Shown here in pieces: positions 1-10,231 of a DNA stretch of 51,022 bases. The DNA is taken from assembly GCA_017631385.1 (NCBI GenBank), contig JAGBTH010000068.1, positions 1 through 51,022 of the forward strand. The letters run 5' to 3'. The first letter of the stretch is position 1; the number at the start of each line of letters is the position of its first letter. This DNA is from Kiritimatiellia bacterium. GTDB taxonomy: Bacteria; Verrucomicrobiota; Kiritimatiellia; RFP12; UBA1067. The position numbers and the translations under genes are program-made. Under the pieces are notes generated by a model. That model saw only the letters and a list, made by a program, of their open reading frames with translations, had not been told where the DNA came from and searched no databases.

Positions 1-716
1 GGCTGAGGAATATCCTTAATATCCTTATCGGGAAGACCGAGCGAACGGCGCATCTCAATCTGGAGGTCGATAGTCTTCTCGACTTCTTCGTGAGCGCGCT
101 TCAACGCGGCTACAAAATCCTCATCACTGATTTCGGCGGCCGAGCCCTCCATCATAAGGAACTTACCGCGAAGACCCGCGTAAAGAAGATCGATATCACT
201 CTTAGCCTTCTGATCATGGGTAGGGTTAATTACCCACTCGCCATTTACGCGACCGATGCGTACGCACCCGATAGGACCCATAAAGGGAATCTCGGAGATG
301 TGAAGCGCGGCGGAAGCGGCGTTTACAGCGAGGAAGTCGCCCTCACGCGTTCCGTCGGTCTGAATTAAGGTAGAGTTAACCTGAACATCGTTGTAATATC
401 CGTCGGGGAAGAGCGGACGGATGGGGCGATCGCACATACGAGCTGTAAGAATCTCCTTGCTCGTCGGACGTGCTTCACGCTTAAAGAAGCCGCCCGGGAA
501 TTTACCCGCGGCGTAAAACTTCTCGCGATACTCACACTGCAGCGGGAAGAAGTCAATCCCTTCGCGCGGCGTGTCAGTATTCGTGACCGCCGTGAAGACG
601 GTCGTATCACCGTACGATACGGTGACGGCTCCAGCGGCCTGCTGCGCTAGAAGCCCAGTCTCTATTACGAGGTCCGTCCCCGCAATATTGACCTTGAACT
701 GTTTTGTACCTTGCAT
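1..716 (-). CDS. pnp: Polyribonucleotide nucleotidyltransferase (PNPase), 5' part; runs off window edge
   Basis: Manual translation from ATG at 716: MQGTKQFKVNIAGTDLVIETGLLAQQAAGAVTVSYGDTTV...DFFPLQCEYREKFYAAGKFPGGFFKREARP...RMCDRPIRPLFP; lies directly downstream of rpsO. Confidence 0.97.
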   Translation of the reverse strand, partial: MQGTKQFKVNIAGTDLVIETGLLAQQAAGAVTVSYGDTTVFTAVTNTDTPREGIDFFPLQCEYREKFYAAGKFPGGFFKREARPTSKEILTARMCDRPIRPLFPDGYYNDVQVNSTLIQTDGTREGDFLAVNAASAALHISEIPFMGPIGCVRIGRVNGEWVINPTHDQKAKSDIDLLYAGLRGKFLMMEGSAAEISDEDFVAALKRAHEEVEKTIDLQIEMRRSLGLPDKDIKDIPQ

Positions 717-760
717 TATTTTTACTTTTACTGTTTGTCAATCGTCTGACAACGCGTCTA

Positions 761-1021
761 TTAGCGGCGAAGGCCGAGACGCTTGATGAGCTCCTTGTAG
801 CTCTCTTCGTTCTCGCGCTTGAGGTAGTCGAGGAGGTTACGACGGTTCTGAACCTTACGGAGAAGACCATGACGCGAGCTGTGGTCCTTCTTATTAGCCT
901 TGAGGTGAGCGGTGAGAGCTTCGATCTGCTTCGTAAGAACAGCGACCTGAACTTCGCAAGATCCGGTGTCACGGTCATGGCGCTGATATTCGTTACGGAT
1001 GGCGGCTTTGTCGAGCTTCAT
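761..1021 (-). CDS. rpsO: 30S ribosomal protein S15
   Basis: [16 protein letters not shown]...[16 protein letters not shown]...LGLRR; start moved to ATG at 1021 (86 aa); rpsO-pnp synteny. Confidence 0.98.
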   Translation of the reverse strand: MKLDKAAIRNEYQRHDRDTGSCEVQVAVLTKQIEALTAHLKANKKDHSSRHGLLRKVQNRRNLLDYLKRENEESYKELIKRLGLRR

Positions 1022-1070
1022 TGTTTTTATCTTTCTTTTTTGGCGTTCTTGAAGTCTTTTTACTTCTTGA

Positions 1071-1186
1071 ACTTCCACGACCGGGAAGTATAATCCACGC
1101 CAAACTCCACCATGGAGCTAAAGAGCCTTCTAATAACGAAGAGCCCGCGGCAGGGATAACCTCCTGAGACAGTCGCAGGTTTGGCG
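1071..1186 (-). promoter_or_regulatory. Structured 5' leader of rpsO (candidate S15 autoregulatory RNA)
   Basis: Inverted repeat CGCCAAAC (1098-1105)/GTTTGGCG (1179-1186) enclosing several short stems; extra hairpin at 1071-1089. Confidence 0.5.
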
Positions 1187-1189
1187 CAT

Positions 1190-1219
1190 ATTATACCAAA
1201 TCAGCCCCACTAAACGCAA
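1190..1219 (-). promoter_or_regulatory. Sigma70-type promoter for rpsO-pnp
   Basis: TTGCGT-N18-TATAAT with extended -10 (TGgTATAAT). Confidence 0.7.
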
Positions 1220-1410
1220 GCACCTAACTATTCACTGGGAGAAAAGCGCGATGCGGCGCATATTATGCGAAAATGATGCGCATCATGTTGGTAAACGCTT
1301 TAATGGCGCGGAATTTCACTTAGCTTGCGCGAAATTAGTGCCCAAAATGCGACCATTGTGCATAGTGAAAGACAAATCCAACTTCTTGTTATAAGGCGGC
1401 AGAAATTCGG

Positions 1411-2256
1411 CTATGCGAATATAGCGCGGCAATAGATACCGCTTGGGCAAGATAAACCCTTACCTTCGAGCAGCATTTCACCTGTTTCCAACTTAGCCGT
1501 AGGGAATAGCTGACCTAAAATATTTTCGGCCACTTTACATGACAAGCCTGGTGTATGTGATGAAAATAATACGAATGACGGCTTTTCTGAAAGTAAATCC
1601 TTAACTAACGAAAGCGTTTCTTTTAAATCACGCTCTATTTTATACATTTCGCCCGAAGCACCGCGCCCAAATGTTGGAGGATCAAGAATTATACCGTCAT
1701 ACTTACGACCGCGGCGAATTTCGCGCTTCATAAATTTATGGGCATCGTCGGTTATCCAACGAATTGGAGAATCTGATAATCCGTTAAGCGCGGCATTTTC
1801 TCTCGCCCACTCTACCATACCTCGCGATGCATCCAAGTGGCACGCCTCAGCTCCGCCAAGCGCAGCTGCCATAGTAGAGCCGCCAGAATACGCGAATAGA
1901 TTTAAAACCTTAAGCTTAGTTCCGCCGCGCTTAGCGCTATCATCTTCGACCTTGGAGCGAATCCACTTCCATTGAGCACGTTGCTCGGGGAATATACCTA
2001 AATGTCCAAAATCCGTTCCGCCTAACTTAAATTTTACGCCAGCTGTTTCAATGCGCCACTCTTTAGGAAGATTCGTTCGCCCATGCCAACGATTACCCTC
2101 TTCACGATCAAATGACGCGTCAGCTGAGCGCCATTGAGACTCTGGTAAACTCGGTCTCCACATCGCCTGAGAACATGGGCGAGCGAGCACGTACTTACCA
2201 AAGCGCTCTAACTTACGACCGTCACCTGAATCTAGAAGCTCATAATCATCTTTCAT
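1411..2256 (-). CDS. Class I SAM-dependent methyltransferase (RlmI/RlmK-like)
   Basis: YELLDSGDGRKLERFG, VLNLFAYSGG SAM motif, ILDPPTFG. Confidence 0.88.
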   Translation of the reverse strand: MKDDYELLDSGDGRKLERFGKYVLARPCSQAMWRPSLPESQWRSADASFDREEGNRWHGRTNLPKEWRIETAGVKFKLGGTDFGHLGIFPEQRAQWKWIRSKVEDDSAKRGGTKLKVLNLFAYSGGSTMAAALGGAEACHLDASRGMVEWARENAALNGLSDSPIRWITDDAHKFMKREIRRGRKYDGIILDPPTFGRGASGEMYKIERDLKETLSLVKDLLSEKPSFVLFSSHTPGLSCKVAENILGQLFPTAKLETGEMLLEGKGLSCPSGIYCRAIFA

Positions 2257-2258
2257 TC

Positions 2259-4019
2259 TTAGCGTCCTATCTTTTTATCAAAATCTACATTAACTGTAAC
2301 TTTAGGTAAAAACCCATTCTTAGATTTGGCTCTGTCTAATTCTTCAGCCTTATCTGAATCATACCACCAATATGTAAGCACACCTTCCTCATTACTATAA
2401 CGGGATAAAACTGTATCTGGCATACCGAATTTATTCCAATAAATCAACCTTTTAGCCGATATATTCCAGAGAAACGCATAAGGATGCTGATCTGTAATGA
2501 GTTTATCAATTTTACGATATACGTCATTTCGCTCGGTGATCGACATCATCGACTTCTCGGCAGCTATCAGTCGATCTACTTCATCAGATTTAAATCCAGG
2601 GTAATTACCGCTTTGCTTTCGGTCAGCTTCGCTGGATAACCACAACAATTCTGGATTTCGAAAGACCGACGCTCCCATCGCAGCCCAGGTCATCTGGTAA
2701 TTAAACTCGTCCATATCCTTCATCCAATTAGCAAAATCCTTACGAACTATATTCATCTTAACGCCAACGCTCTTAAGCGCGGCATAAAATGGAACGAGTA
2801 TTTTATCATCAGATGGCGAGCGCGAAAGAAAATTAAACTCTAGGGGACGATCATTTTTCTCAAGGACTCCCGACTTTTCATTTAAAATAAAACCAGCCTC
2901 CTTTAATAACTTCTTCGCACCTTCGGGATCAAAAAGCACCAATTCATTTAAACAAGGATTTTCATCATCATATAAATCGCCAAAAAACGAATTCTGCATA
3001 AAATACTCATTATACATCATCGTTCTATTCATCATCACCCTATCAATCAACTTAGCCATGGCCTTACGAACCCTGACATCATCAAATGGGAACTCACGCA
3101 TATTCATCATAAAGCCCTGATACCCAATCGGCTCATGATTAGTTACGCGTCGCTTTAAAAGCCAATTTCGATCAAACTCTTTACCCTTAGCAGCTTTAGC
3201 CCATAATCTAGCCGCATAGACAGGGTATACATCTAGCATATTCTTTTTTAGCGCGGCGTATCCATTCTCGTTATCAACATAATAACGCATTACGATCTTA
3301 TCAAAATTATATATATGTTTACATGATGGAAAATCCTTTTTCCACCAAGTCTTTACGCGCGAATATTCCGTCTCAACCTGTTCTTCAATTCGCGAAACAT
3401 AATACGGGCCACCGACTGGCGCATTTAGAAAATCCAACTTGTTAAAATCGCAATCCTTAAACGCATGGCGCGGCAAAACCCAAAAAGTTCCGCAACTTAG
3501 AATATCTCGCCAATTGCGTGCTGAGTTACCTTTTTTACGAAAGCGAATCATTAAAGGACGCTCTGAAGTAGCATCTAAAATTTCAGGACTGTTAAAGTCG
3601 CCTAAAATCATCTTCCATGGTCCCGTATCGCTCTTAGGATCAATAAGAGTATCGAACGTCCACTTTACATCTAGCGCGCTTACGCCCTTACCGTCAGACC
3701 ATGTAGCTCTATCATCAATAACGAATGTAAATTCACGCCCATCATCCGAAATACTCCATTTCTTCGCCAGCGACGGCACAAAATCCATCGTTTCGGAATC
3801 AGTTGAAATAAGCGGGAAATACATCAACGAAAACATCATCGACGTATAACTATTATTGTCGATGTAAGCATTAAGGCTCTTAGGCGCGCTCGCTCCATAA
3901 AAGCGCACGCGCCCGCCCTTTTTAGCATAAATCGAAGCGACCGGATCGGGCTTATCGACCCAATCCGGTTGAGGATACCATGTAAGTGCCGCGAAAAATA
4001 TCGCCGCAAAAAACGTCAT
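2259..4019 (-). CDS. ABC transporter solute-binding protein, family 5 (YejA-like)
   Basis: [44 protein letters not shown] motifs. Confidence 0.85.
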   Translation of the reverse strand: MTFFAAIFFAALTWYPQPDWVDKPDPVASIYAKKGGRVRFYGASAPKSLNAYIDNNSYTSMMFSLMYFPLISTDSETMDFVPSLAKKWSISDDGREFTFVIDDRATWSDGKGVSALDVKWTFDTLIDPKSDTGPWKMILGDFNSPEILDATSERPLMIRFRKKGNSARNWRDILSCGTFWVLPRHAFKDCDFNKLDFLNAPVGGPYYVSRIEEQVETEYSRVKTWWKKDFPSCKHIYNFDKIVMRYYVDNENGYAALKKNMLDVYPVYAARLWAKAAKGKEFDRNWLLKRRVTNHEPIGYQGFMMNMREFPFDDVRVRKAMAKLIDRVMMNRTMMYNEYFMQNSFFGDLYDDENPCLNELVLFDPEGAKKLLKEAGFILNEKSGVLEKNDRPLEFNFLSRSPSDDKILVPFYAALKSVGVKMNIVRKDFANWMKDMDEFNYQMTWAAMGASVFRNPELLWLSSEADRKQSGNYPGFKSDEVDRLIAAEKSMMSITERNDVYRKIDKLITDQHPYAFLWNISAKRLIYWNKFGMPDTVLSRYSNEEGVLTYWWYDSDKAEELDRAKSKNGFLPKVTVNVDFDKKIGR

Positions 4020-5239
4020 AAAACGCCTTTAAATCTCTCGATCGCCTCAAGGACATTCTCGCGAGAATTGAACGACGAGATACGTATATACCCTTCGCCA
4101 GCCGCGCCAAAACCAGCGCCAGGCGTAGTAACGACATTCGCTTCTTTAAGGAGCTTATCGAAAATCTCCCAGCTGCCGCCCTTCGCATCAACCCAAAGAT
4201 AAGGCGAGTCGCCGCCGCCAGTTACGCGATAACCGAAAGACTCTAAAGCCTCCTTCATTAAACGGCCGTTCTCAAGATAAAAATCAATCGTCTTACGGCA
4301 CTGCTCACGACCTTCGGGCGAATAAATCGCCTCAGCGCCGCGCTGAGTAATGTAGCTAGCACCATTAAACTTCGTGGTCTGACGACGCATCCACATAGGA
4401 CGAAGCTCTACGCTCGAGCCATCGGCAGCGTAAGCTACTAAATCCTTAGGAACTACGGTATAACCGCAACGAATGCCTGTAAAGCCGGCCGTCTTAGAAT
4501 AGCTGCGGAACTCAATCGCACACTTCTTAGCGCCCTCGCACTCGTAAATCGAGTGAGGAATGCTAGGATTGCGGATAAAAGCTTCGTAGGCCGCGTCAAA
4601 AAGAATAAGAGCCTTATTAGCATTAGCCCAATCTACCCAAGCTTGGAGCTGCTCTTTAGTAGCGACAGCGCCAGTAGGATTATTAGGATAGCAAAGATAA
4701 ACGATATCGCACCCGTTAGCTGACTCAGGCGAAGGAACAAAACCATTAGAAGCATCGCACGTTAAATACGTGAGGTTAGCATAACGACCATTCTCATTAA
4801 CGCCTGTACGACCAGCCATTACATTCGTATCAACATATACGGGATAAACGGGATCACCTACCGCGATCTTAACATCATCGCCAAAAAGCTCCTGAATATT
4901 ACCGCAGTCGCACTTAGCACCGTCAGAAATAGAGATTTCGCCAGCTGAAATATCAACGCCGCGCTCCGCGAAATCGATCGCCGCGACCTTCTCGCGAAGG
5001 AACGCATACCCCTGCTCAGGACCATAACCATAAAACGACTCGCGCTTAGAGACATCATCAACAGCCTTATGCATAGCCTCAATAATCGCAGGAGCGAGAG
5101 GCTCGGTAACATCGCCGATACCAAGACGAATAATCTTAGCGTTGGGATTAGCGGCCTGATGAGCGCTTACTCGATGAGCAATCTCAGTAAAAAGGTAGCT
5201 AGCCTTAATTTTTGAATAATTTTCGTTTACGTGAAGCAT
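4016..5239 (-). CDS. dapL: LL-diaminopimelate aminotransferase
   Basis: [47 protein letters not shown] (PLP lysine). Confidence 0.96.
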   Translation of the reverse strand: MLHVNENYSKIKASYLFTEIAHRVSAHQAANPNAKIIRLGIGDVTEPLAPAIIEAMHKAVDDVSKRESFYGYGPEQGYAFLREKVAAIDFAERGVDISAGEISISDGAKCDCGNIQELFGDDVKIAVGDPVYPVYVDTNVMAGRTGVNENGRYANLTYLTCDASNGFVPSPESANGCDIVYLCYPNNPTGAVATKEQLQAWVDWANANKALILFDAAYEAFIRNPSIPHSIYECEGAKKCAIEFRSYSKTAGFTGIRCGYTVVPKDLVAYAADGSSVELRPMWMRRQTTKFNGASYITQRGAEAIYSPEGREQCRKTIDFYLENGRLMKEALESFGYRVTGGGDSPYLWVDAKGGSWEIFDKLLKEANVVTTPGAGFGAAGEGYIRISSFNSRENVLEAIERFKGVL

Positions 5240-5259
5240 AGTTATTTTTCTCCTATCTA

Positions 5260-6795
5260 TTAATCTTCGTTATCTGAAATTCTAGGCATAAAGCCCTCAA
5301 TCGCGGCAATCATCACGAAAAAGAGCGATAATACCGCCGGGCTGCGCAATGGACAATCGGCCATTGAGTGTAGTAAGGTCGAACACATCGCGAGCAAGAG
5401 ACAAAAAGCGCTGGCAGGAAGTGCGAAAATGGCGATTGGACGCGGAGGTCTTTTAGATTTTTTAGTAAACGCCGCTGAAACCACTAATAATTTCCACTTT
5501 TGGAAAATAGGCTTTAAAAGTAATACAATCATAAATACAAGCAAGAGAAAACCTATTAGACCGTGTTCAGCTAAAAACTGAAGAAAATCATTATGAACAT
5601 TAATACCGCCAACAACCTGGAGCTTTTCGAAATCTTCATCAGTCATTTTATCAATACTAAGATGTTTGTAACCCCAACCGCCACAGCCAAACAACAAATT
5701 ATCAAGCCATACATCCTTAGCGACTCTAAAGTGATATTGCTCTTTACCAGAAAGTCGATCTAAAACCGCATTGCTGTTAAGAGTGGAAATCTCTTTATTA
5801 AAGTCACCCGCCTCTATTATTTTATCGCTATTCGACATTACAAGGAAGAAGAATAAGGCTATCAAAACAATAGCAAAAATATTTAGCGCTACTAACTTAA
5901 CACGCTTAAGACGATCAACTTTAGCTAAAATACTTATAAACGAATGAACAAAAAAGATTAGTGCTAAAAGCGAAACTAAAACAATCGCTGCGCGAGATAA
6001 TGTCATATACGCTGAAAAGAAGAAGACTATCGCAGGTATTAAAAAGTAATGCTTTTTCCAAAAAACTGCTCGACCTACAGACGCGCCCTCAGAAACACTT
6101 TCCGAATATACTATCTCATTGTAATTTCTTCTCCAAAGAGCAACTGATATGGCGAACAGAGTAACAAAATAGTCCCCAGCCATATTAGGATAGCCAAATG
6201 TAGAGAAGAAATAGACTTTATCACCCCACTTTTCTTCACTCCCCCAAAGCGGAGCGCTGGCATCTGTAACATATTGAAGAAGTCCTATCGCGCTTAACGC
6301 TAACCCATTCCAAACTATCAGCTCAAGTACCTTGCGCTTACCACGCTTTAGTAGAGAATGTTTAACAGCTAACATCGCGGTAAGAGCCGAGAAGAACCAA
6401 ATAGTAACATTTAAATGCTCCATCGTATTTACACAGTAAGGCAAAAACGGGAAAGGCGGCGATTGTTGCTTACCATCGAAATGGATCTCAGGATAATCAC
6501 ATGTTGGGCATAACCCCACATTCTTAAATGGTATAACCAATAATATTAAAAACGCGACTACTAGCCAAACTAAAGGATCTTTTTTCATCTGCCGCCAAAC
6601 TCTATGACGCGCATCAAAGGTAGACTCGCCTGAATAACGCTGAGGAAAGCAAATCATTAACTCACACATCAATACTACCAACCAAGGAATCGTTGGCAAT
6701 AATTCAGACGCTACAGTACCGCCATAAAGCCATGCAAAAGTAGAACAAAGTACTGCAACACCTATAACCGCAGCATTATTATAAAGAAAGCGCAT
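5260..6795 (-). CDS. O-antigen ligase-like (WaaL/Wzy_C) membrane protein
   Basis: Multi-TM; [47 protein letters not shown]. Confidence 0.8.
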   Translation of the reverse strand: MRFLYNNAAVIGVAVLCSTFAWLYGGTVASELLPTIPWLVVLMCELMICFPQRYSGESTFDARHRVWRQMKKDPLVWLVVAFLILLVIPFKNVGLCPTCDYPEIHFDGKQQSPPFPFLPYCVNTMEHLNVTIWFFSALTAMLAVKHSLLKRGKRKVLELIVWNGLALSAIGLLQYVTDASAPLWGSEEKWGDKVYFFSTFGYPNMAGDYFVTLFAISVALWRRNYNEIVYSESVSEGASVGRAVFWKKHYFLIPAIVFFFSAYMTLSRAAIVLVSLLALIFFVHSFISILAKVDRLKRVKLVALNIFAIVLIALFFFLVMSNSDKIIEAGDFNKEISTLNSNAVLDRLSGKEQYHFRVAKDVWLDNLLFGCGGWGYKHLSIDKMTDEDFEKLQVVGGINVHNDFLQFLAEHGLIGFLLLVFMIVLLLKPIFQKWKLLVVSAAFTKKSKRPPRPIAIFALPASAFCLLLAMCSTLLHSMADCPLRSPAVLSLFFVMIAAIEGFMPRISDNED

Positions 6796-7849
6796 ATTCT
6801 ATTACCTTTCCAACGGCGTCGTGCTCGGAAACTTTACCGACACTTTCACCCTTTACATAAAGTATAAATTCACCATCACCACCGCAAAGCGCGATATCGG
6901 CATTTTTAGCTTCGCCTGGGCCATTAACCGCACAGCCCATAACAGCTACATGAGGCAACTTAATACCATCTTTAGCGAGAGTTTCTAAAGCTATTTCAAC
7001 TTGAGAAGCTACATGCATTAAATCAACTTTAGTGCGCCCGCAAGTCGGGCACGATGTTATCGCGGGGCCCGGTTCGCGCAAAGAAAGCGAGCGTAAAATC
7101 TCCATTCCTACGCGCACTTCCTTTTCGGGGCGCGCAGTTAGCGAAACACGTACTGTATCGCCAATCCCCTCTGATAATAATATCCCTAACGCTACAGAAT
7201 TACGAACTGCCCCGGGTAGGAACGTACCAGCTTCAGTAACTCCTAAGTGAAGCGGACAGTCGGTCGTCTCAGCTAAAATACGATAAACTTCTATCGTTTC
7301 AGCTACATTAGACGCCTTAGCGCTAATAACAACATCATTAAAGCCCTCATCCTCTAAGAGCTTTAGATGGCGCATAGCAGACTTAACCAACAATGGCGCT
7401 CTACGCTCACCCGCGGCGACTTCGGCGGCTAAGTCGCGCTCCAACGACCCCGCGTTAACGCCAATACGAATCGGGATACCCTTAGATTTCGCCGCGCGAG
7501 CGACGGCTTGAACATTCTCTTTAGAGCCGATATTACCAGGATTAAGCCTAAGCGCATCAGCACCCGCTTCAATCGCGGCTAATGCGCAGCGATAATCAAA
7601 ATGAATATCAGCTACCATCGCAATAGGCGAAGACTTTTTAACCTCGCCAAAAACCTTCGCAGCTTCAATATCAGGAACAGTAAGACGAATGATATCACAC
7701 CCAACAGCAGCACACGCGGCGATTTGCTCAGATAATTTCGCCGCATCGTGAGGATCGACGTTACACATCGTCTGGACGCTCACAGGAGCGCCCCCGCCGA
7801 CTTGAACTGAGCCGACTTTTACTACTCTAGTATCACTTCGCCTGAACAT
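6779..7849 (-). CDS. ispG: 4-hydroxy-3-methylbut-2-en-1-yl diphosphate synthase
   Basis: VADIHFDY, RLNPGNIG, RIGVNAGSL, HLGVTEAG, SCPTCGRT, VMGCAVNGPGEA. Confidence 0.98.
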   Translation of the reverse strand: MFRRSDTRVVKVGSVQVGGGAPVSVQTMCNVDPHDAAKLSEQIAACAAVGCDIIRLTVPDIEAAKVFGEVKKSSPIAMVADIHFDYRCALAAIEAGADALRLNPGNIGSKENVQAVARAAKSKGIPIRIGVNAGSLERDLAAEVAAGERRAPLLVKSAMRHLKLLEDEGFNDVVISAKASNVAETIEVYRILAETTDCPLHLGVTEAGTFLPGAVRNSVALGILLSEGIGDTVRVSLTARPEKEVRVGMEILRSLSLREPGPAITSCPTCGRTKVDLMHVASQVEIALETLAKDGIKLPHVAVMGCAVNGPGEAKNADIALCGGDGEFILYVKGESVGKVSEHDAVGKVIEYALSL

Positions 7850-9014
7850 TACTATCGCTAGATGAAACTTCTAACTCGCTGATCTTATCTTGGTTGGAGG
7901 ATTTTTCTCTAATTTCGCCAAATTCAACCTTTTTCGCGAGCGAGCCCGTTCCAAGGCGCCAAAAATCACGCGCGACCAAGAATAGCATAAGCGCCATAAG
8001 AACATACATAAAGAATGTCGAAATTACCGCTATAAACTTCTCAGGTAAACGCCTACGAAAGATTATGGCAATTAAAGAGAAAAGAATAAGACCACCATCT
8101 AAAACCGGAATCGGCAAAAGATTCATTACTGCTAAGTTAGTGTTGATAAAGCGCAAAAACCCTAACCCGTCCCACATATCATTTCGGATCGAAACATAAG
8201 TACCCTTAGCGATCATGACTGGTCCGCCTATCGCCTTACCAGTAGCCTTAGCCTCTTTCGGAGTAACGAGACCCTTAAGCGCACGAAATACGGAGCCCGC
8301 GTCCCACATCACCTGATCAACAATCCCGCGTTTAGGCATCCACATCGCGTAGCGCGCGCATTGATTAGTCTCAGAAACAGCTCCTATATACGCTACACCG
8401 TTCTCCTTAACCTCGGGAGTGATTTTTAAAGTGATTTCAGCATTGTCGCGACGGACGACAAAATCAGTTTCGCGGTTAGCGGCGAACTGAACCTCCGTCG
8501 TCATATCGCTCCAACTCTCAATAGAGTTACCGCCGATACTTACAACTTCATCACCTTCGATAAGTCCGCCCTTTTCAGCCGCGCCGCCAGCTACAATACC
8601 ACCAATTTTAGCAGGTATCGTACCAAAACGCGCATTAGGCGCAAAATAAAGAATGGTCGCGATGATAAAAGCGAGAACAACATTCATTAAGGGGCCTGCG
8701 AGAGCTACAACAAAATCTTTCCAAGGCGGCATTACCGTTTTCTTTTTATCGGCTCCACCCTCAAGAATCTTAGTCCCCTCAGGATCAGCATCAGGAATCG
8801 ATACATAACCACCAAGTGGAATTGAACTTATGCGATACTCAACCCCCTTATAAGTCTTTTTCCAAATAGCTGGCCCAAAACCAATTGAAAAACGCTCTAC
8901 TCTATAGCCTAACTTAAGCGCGGCTATAAAGTGACCGAATTCATGTATCGCTATTGAAAGCGAAAAGAGTAGAACACAAAGAATTATATAACCAATTGTT
9001 ACAAGTATTTCCAT
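7833..9014 (-). CDS. rseP: RIP metalloprotease RseP (M50 with PDZ domain)
   Basis: HEFGH, FSIGFGP, AGPLMN, NLLPIPVLDGG; dxr-rseP-ispG synteny. Confidence 0.95.
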   Translation of the reverse strand: MEILVTIGYIILCVLLFSLSIAIHEFGHFIAALKLGYRVERFSIGFGPAIWKKTYKGVEYRISSIPLGGYVSIPDADPEGTKILEGGADKKKTVMPPWKDFVVALAGPLMNVVLAFIIATILYFAPNARFGTIPAKIGGIVAGGAAEKGGLIEGDEVVSIGGNSIESWSDMTTEVQFAANRETDFVVRRDNAEITLKITPEVKENGVAYIGAVSETNQCARYAMWMPKRGIVDQVMWDAGSVFRALKGLVTPKEAKATGKAIGGPVMIAKGTYVSIRNDMWDGLGFLRFINTNLAVMNLLPIPVLDGGLILFSLIAIIFRRRLPEKFIAVISTFFMYVLMALMLFLVARDFWRLGTGSLAKKVEFGEIREKSSNQDKISELEVSSSDSNVQAK

Positions 9015-9023
9015 TTTTACCTC

Positions 9024-10184
9024 TTAATTTTTCGAAAGTTCAGCTCTAGCCCACTTATCAGCCTCTAAAACAGCTTCAAGCGAATCACATTTCATCTTTG
9101 GAGCCTTTGATAGACACCTCTCTAGCGACTTAGCTATATCCATATAGCCTATCGAGCCTTTTAAAAATTGTTCAACAGCCCACTCATCGGCTGACGCGAG
9201 AATCGCGGGAGCGCACCCACCTAAATTACACGCCTCGCGAACAAGGTTAAGGCAAGGAAAGCGCTTAGGATCGGGCGCTCTAAATGTAAGTGAGCCTAAA
9301 CGCGCTAAATCTAGCTCCTCTCGCTCAGCCTTAATGCGATTAGGATGGGTTAAAGCATATTGAATCGCAACTCTCATATCAGGCGGCGAGAGTTGAGCGA
9401 GCGTAGCCCCGTCGACAAAAGTGACTAAACTGTGAACGATTGATTCAGGATGAACTACAATATCAATCTTATCGATTGGTACATTAAATAGCCATCTAGC
9501 TTCAATCATCTCAAAGCCCTTATTCATCATCGTTGATGAATCAATAGTAACTTTAGGCCCCATCTTCCAACGCGGGTGATTAAGAGCCTGAGCTACAGTA
9601 ACTGTAGATAAATCATCGGGTTTATCGAGAAACGGTCCGCCGGAAGCTGTAAGAATGAGTTTTTTTATGGGGGAAGAGGGAATTGGGAAGAGGGAAGGTA
9701 TCCCCCGAGCGAAGCGAGTCGCCGAAGGCGATGCACTAGCAGGGGTGGGAAGAGGGAATTGAGAAGAGGTGTGTGGGAGGCATTGGAAGATGGCGGAATG
9801 TTCACTATCTACAGGGAGAAACTTCACGCCCTTTTTCGCCGCGGCCGTAGTTACGAGCTCACCCGCCATAACCATAACCTCTTTAGTCGCGAGCGCAATA
9901 TCCATCCCCTTTTCAATCGCCAAAAGCGTAGGCGCTAACCCGCTTAAACCAACTGTCGAAACTAAACAAATATCAGCCTCATTCTCACTTACAGCTCTAA
10001 TAGCCGCATCTTCGCCAACATAAGCCTTAGCGCCAAGAACATTAGCGACAGCCTCACACTGAACCTTATTCCTAAGCGCGGCAACAGCTACAACCTCGAA
10101 TGATTCTGGATTAGAAGTAATGACATCGACGGCATTCATACCAATCGAGCCAGTAACTCCTAGAATTATAACTTTTTTCGACAT
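9024..10184 (-). CDS. dxr: 1-deoxy-D-xylulose-5-phosphate reductoisomerase, with a low-complexity in-frame insertion
   Basis: ILGVTGSIG, PVDSEHSAIFQ, LTASGGPF, HPRWKMGPKVTIDSSTMMNKG. Confidence 0.97.
   Translation of the reverse strand: MSKKVIILGVTGSIGMNAVDVITSNPESFEVVAVAALRNKVQCEAVANVLGAKAYVGEDAAIRAVSENEADICLVSTVGLSGLAPTLLAIEKGMDIALATKEVMVMAGELVTTAAAKKGVKFLPVDSEHSAIFQCLPHTSSQFPLPTPASASPSATRFARGIPSLFPIPSSPIKKLILTASGGPFLDKPDDLSTVTVAQALNHPRWKMGPKVTIDSSTMMNKGFEMIEARWLFNVPIDKIDIVVHPESIVHSLVTFVDGATLAQLSPPDMRVAIQYALTHPNRIKAEREELDLARLGSLTFRAPDPKRFPCLNLVREACNLGGCAPAILASADEWAVEQFLKGSIGYMDIAKSLERCLSKAPKMKCDSLEAVLEADKWARAELSKN
9669..9776. repeat. Heptamer tandem repeats flanking a GAA-hairpin palindromic core, in frame within dxr
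   Basis: GGGAAGA/GGGAATT/GGGAAGA/GGGAAGG, then core (CCCCGAGCGAAGCGAGTCGCCGAAGGCGA...GGGG), then GGGAAGA/GGGAATT/GAGAAGA. Confidence 0.8.
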
Positions 10185-10191
10185 TTGATAT

Positions 10192-10200
10192 ATTATATCA
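10192..10200 (-). promoter_or_regulatory. Extended -10 promoter immediately upstream of dxr (probable leaderless mRNA)
   Basis: TGATATAAT 7 nt before the ATG at 10184; no SD. Confidence 0.55.
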
Positions 10201-10231
10201 AAAATTTAAAAGTTAGGGGTATATTAGCTAA

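Noticed and set aside
90-1093. Short ORFs 90..368, 365..610, 571..786, 607..978 and 704..1093
   Set aside because: Antisense or alternative-frame shadows of pnp and rpsO
9669-9776. Intein or intron in dxr
   Set aside because: Far too short, with no intein terminal motifs or intron structure; better explained as repeat DNA
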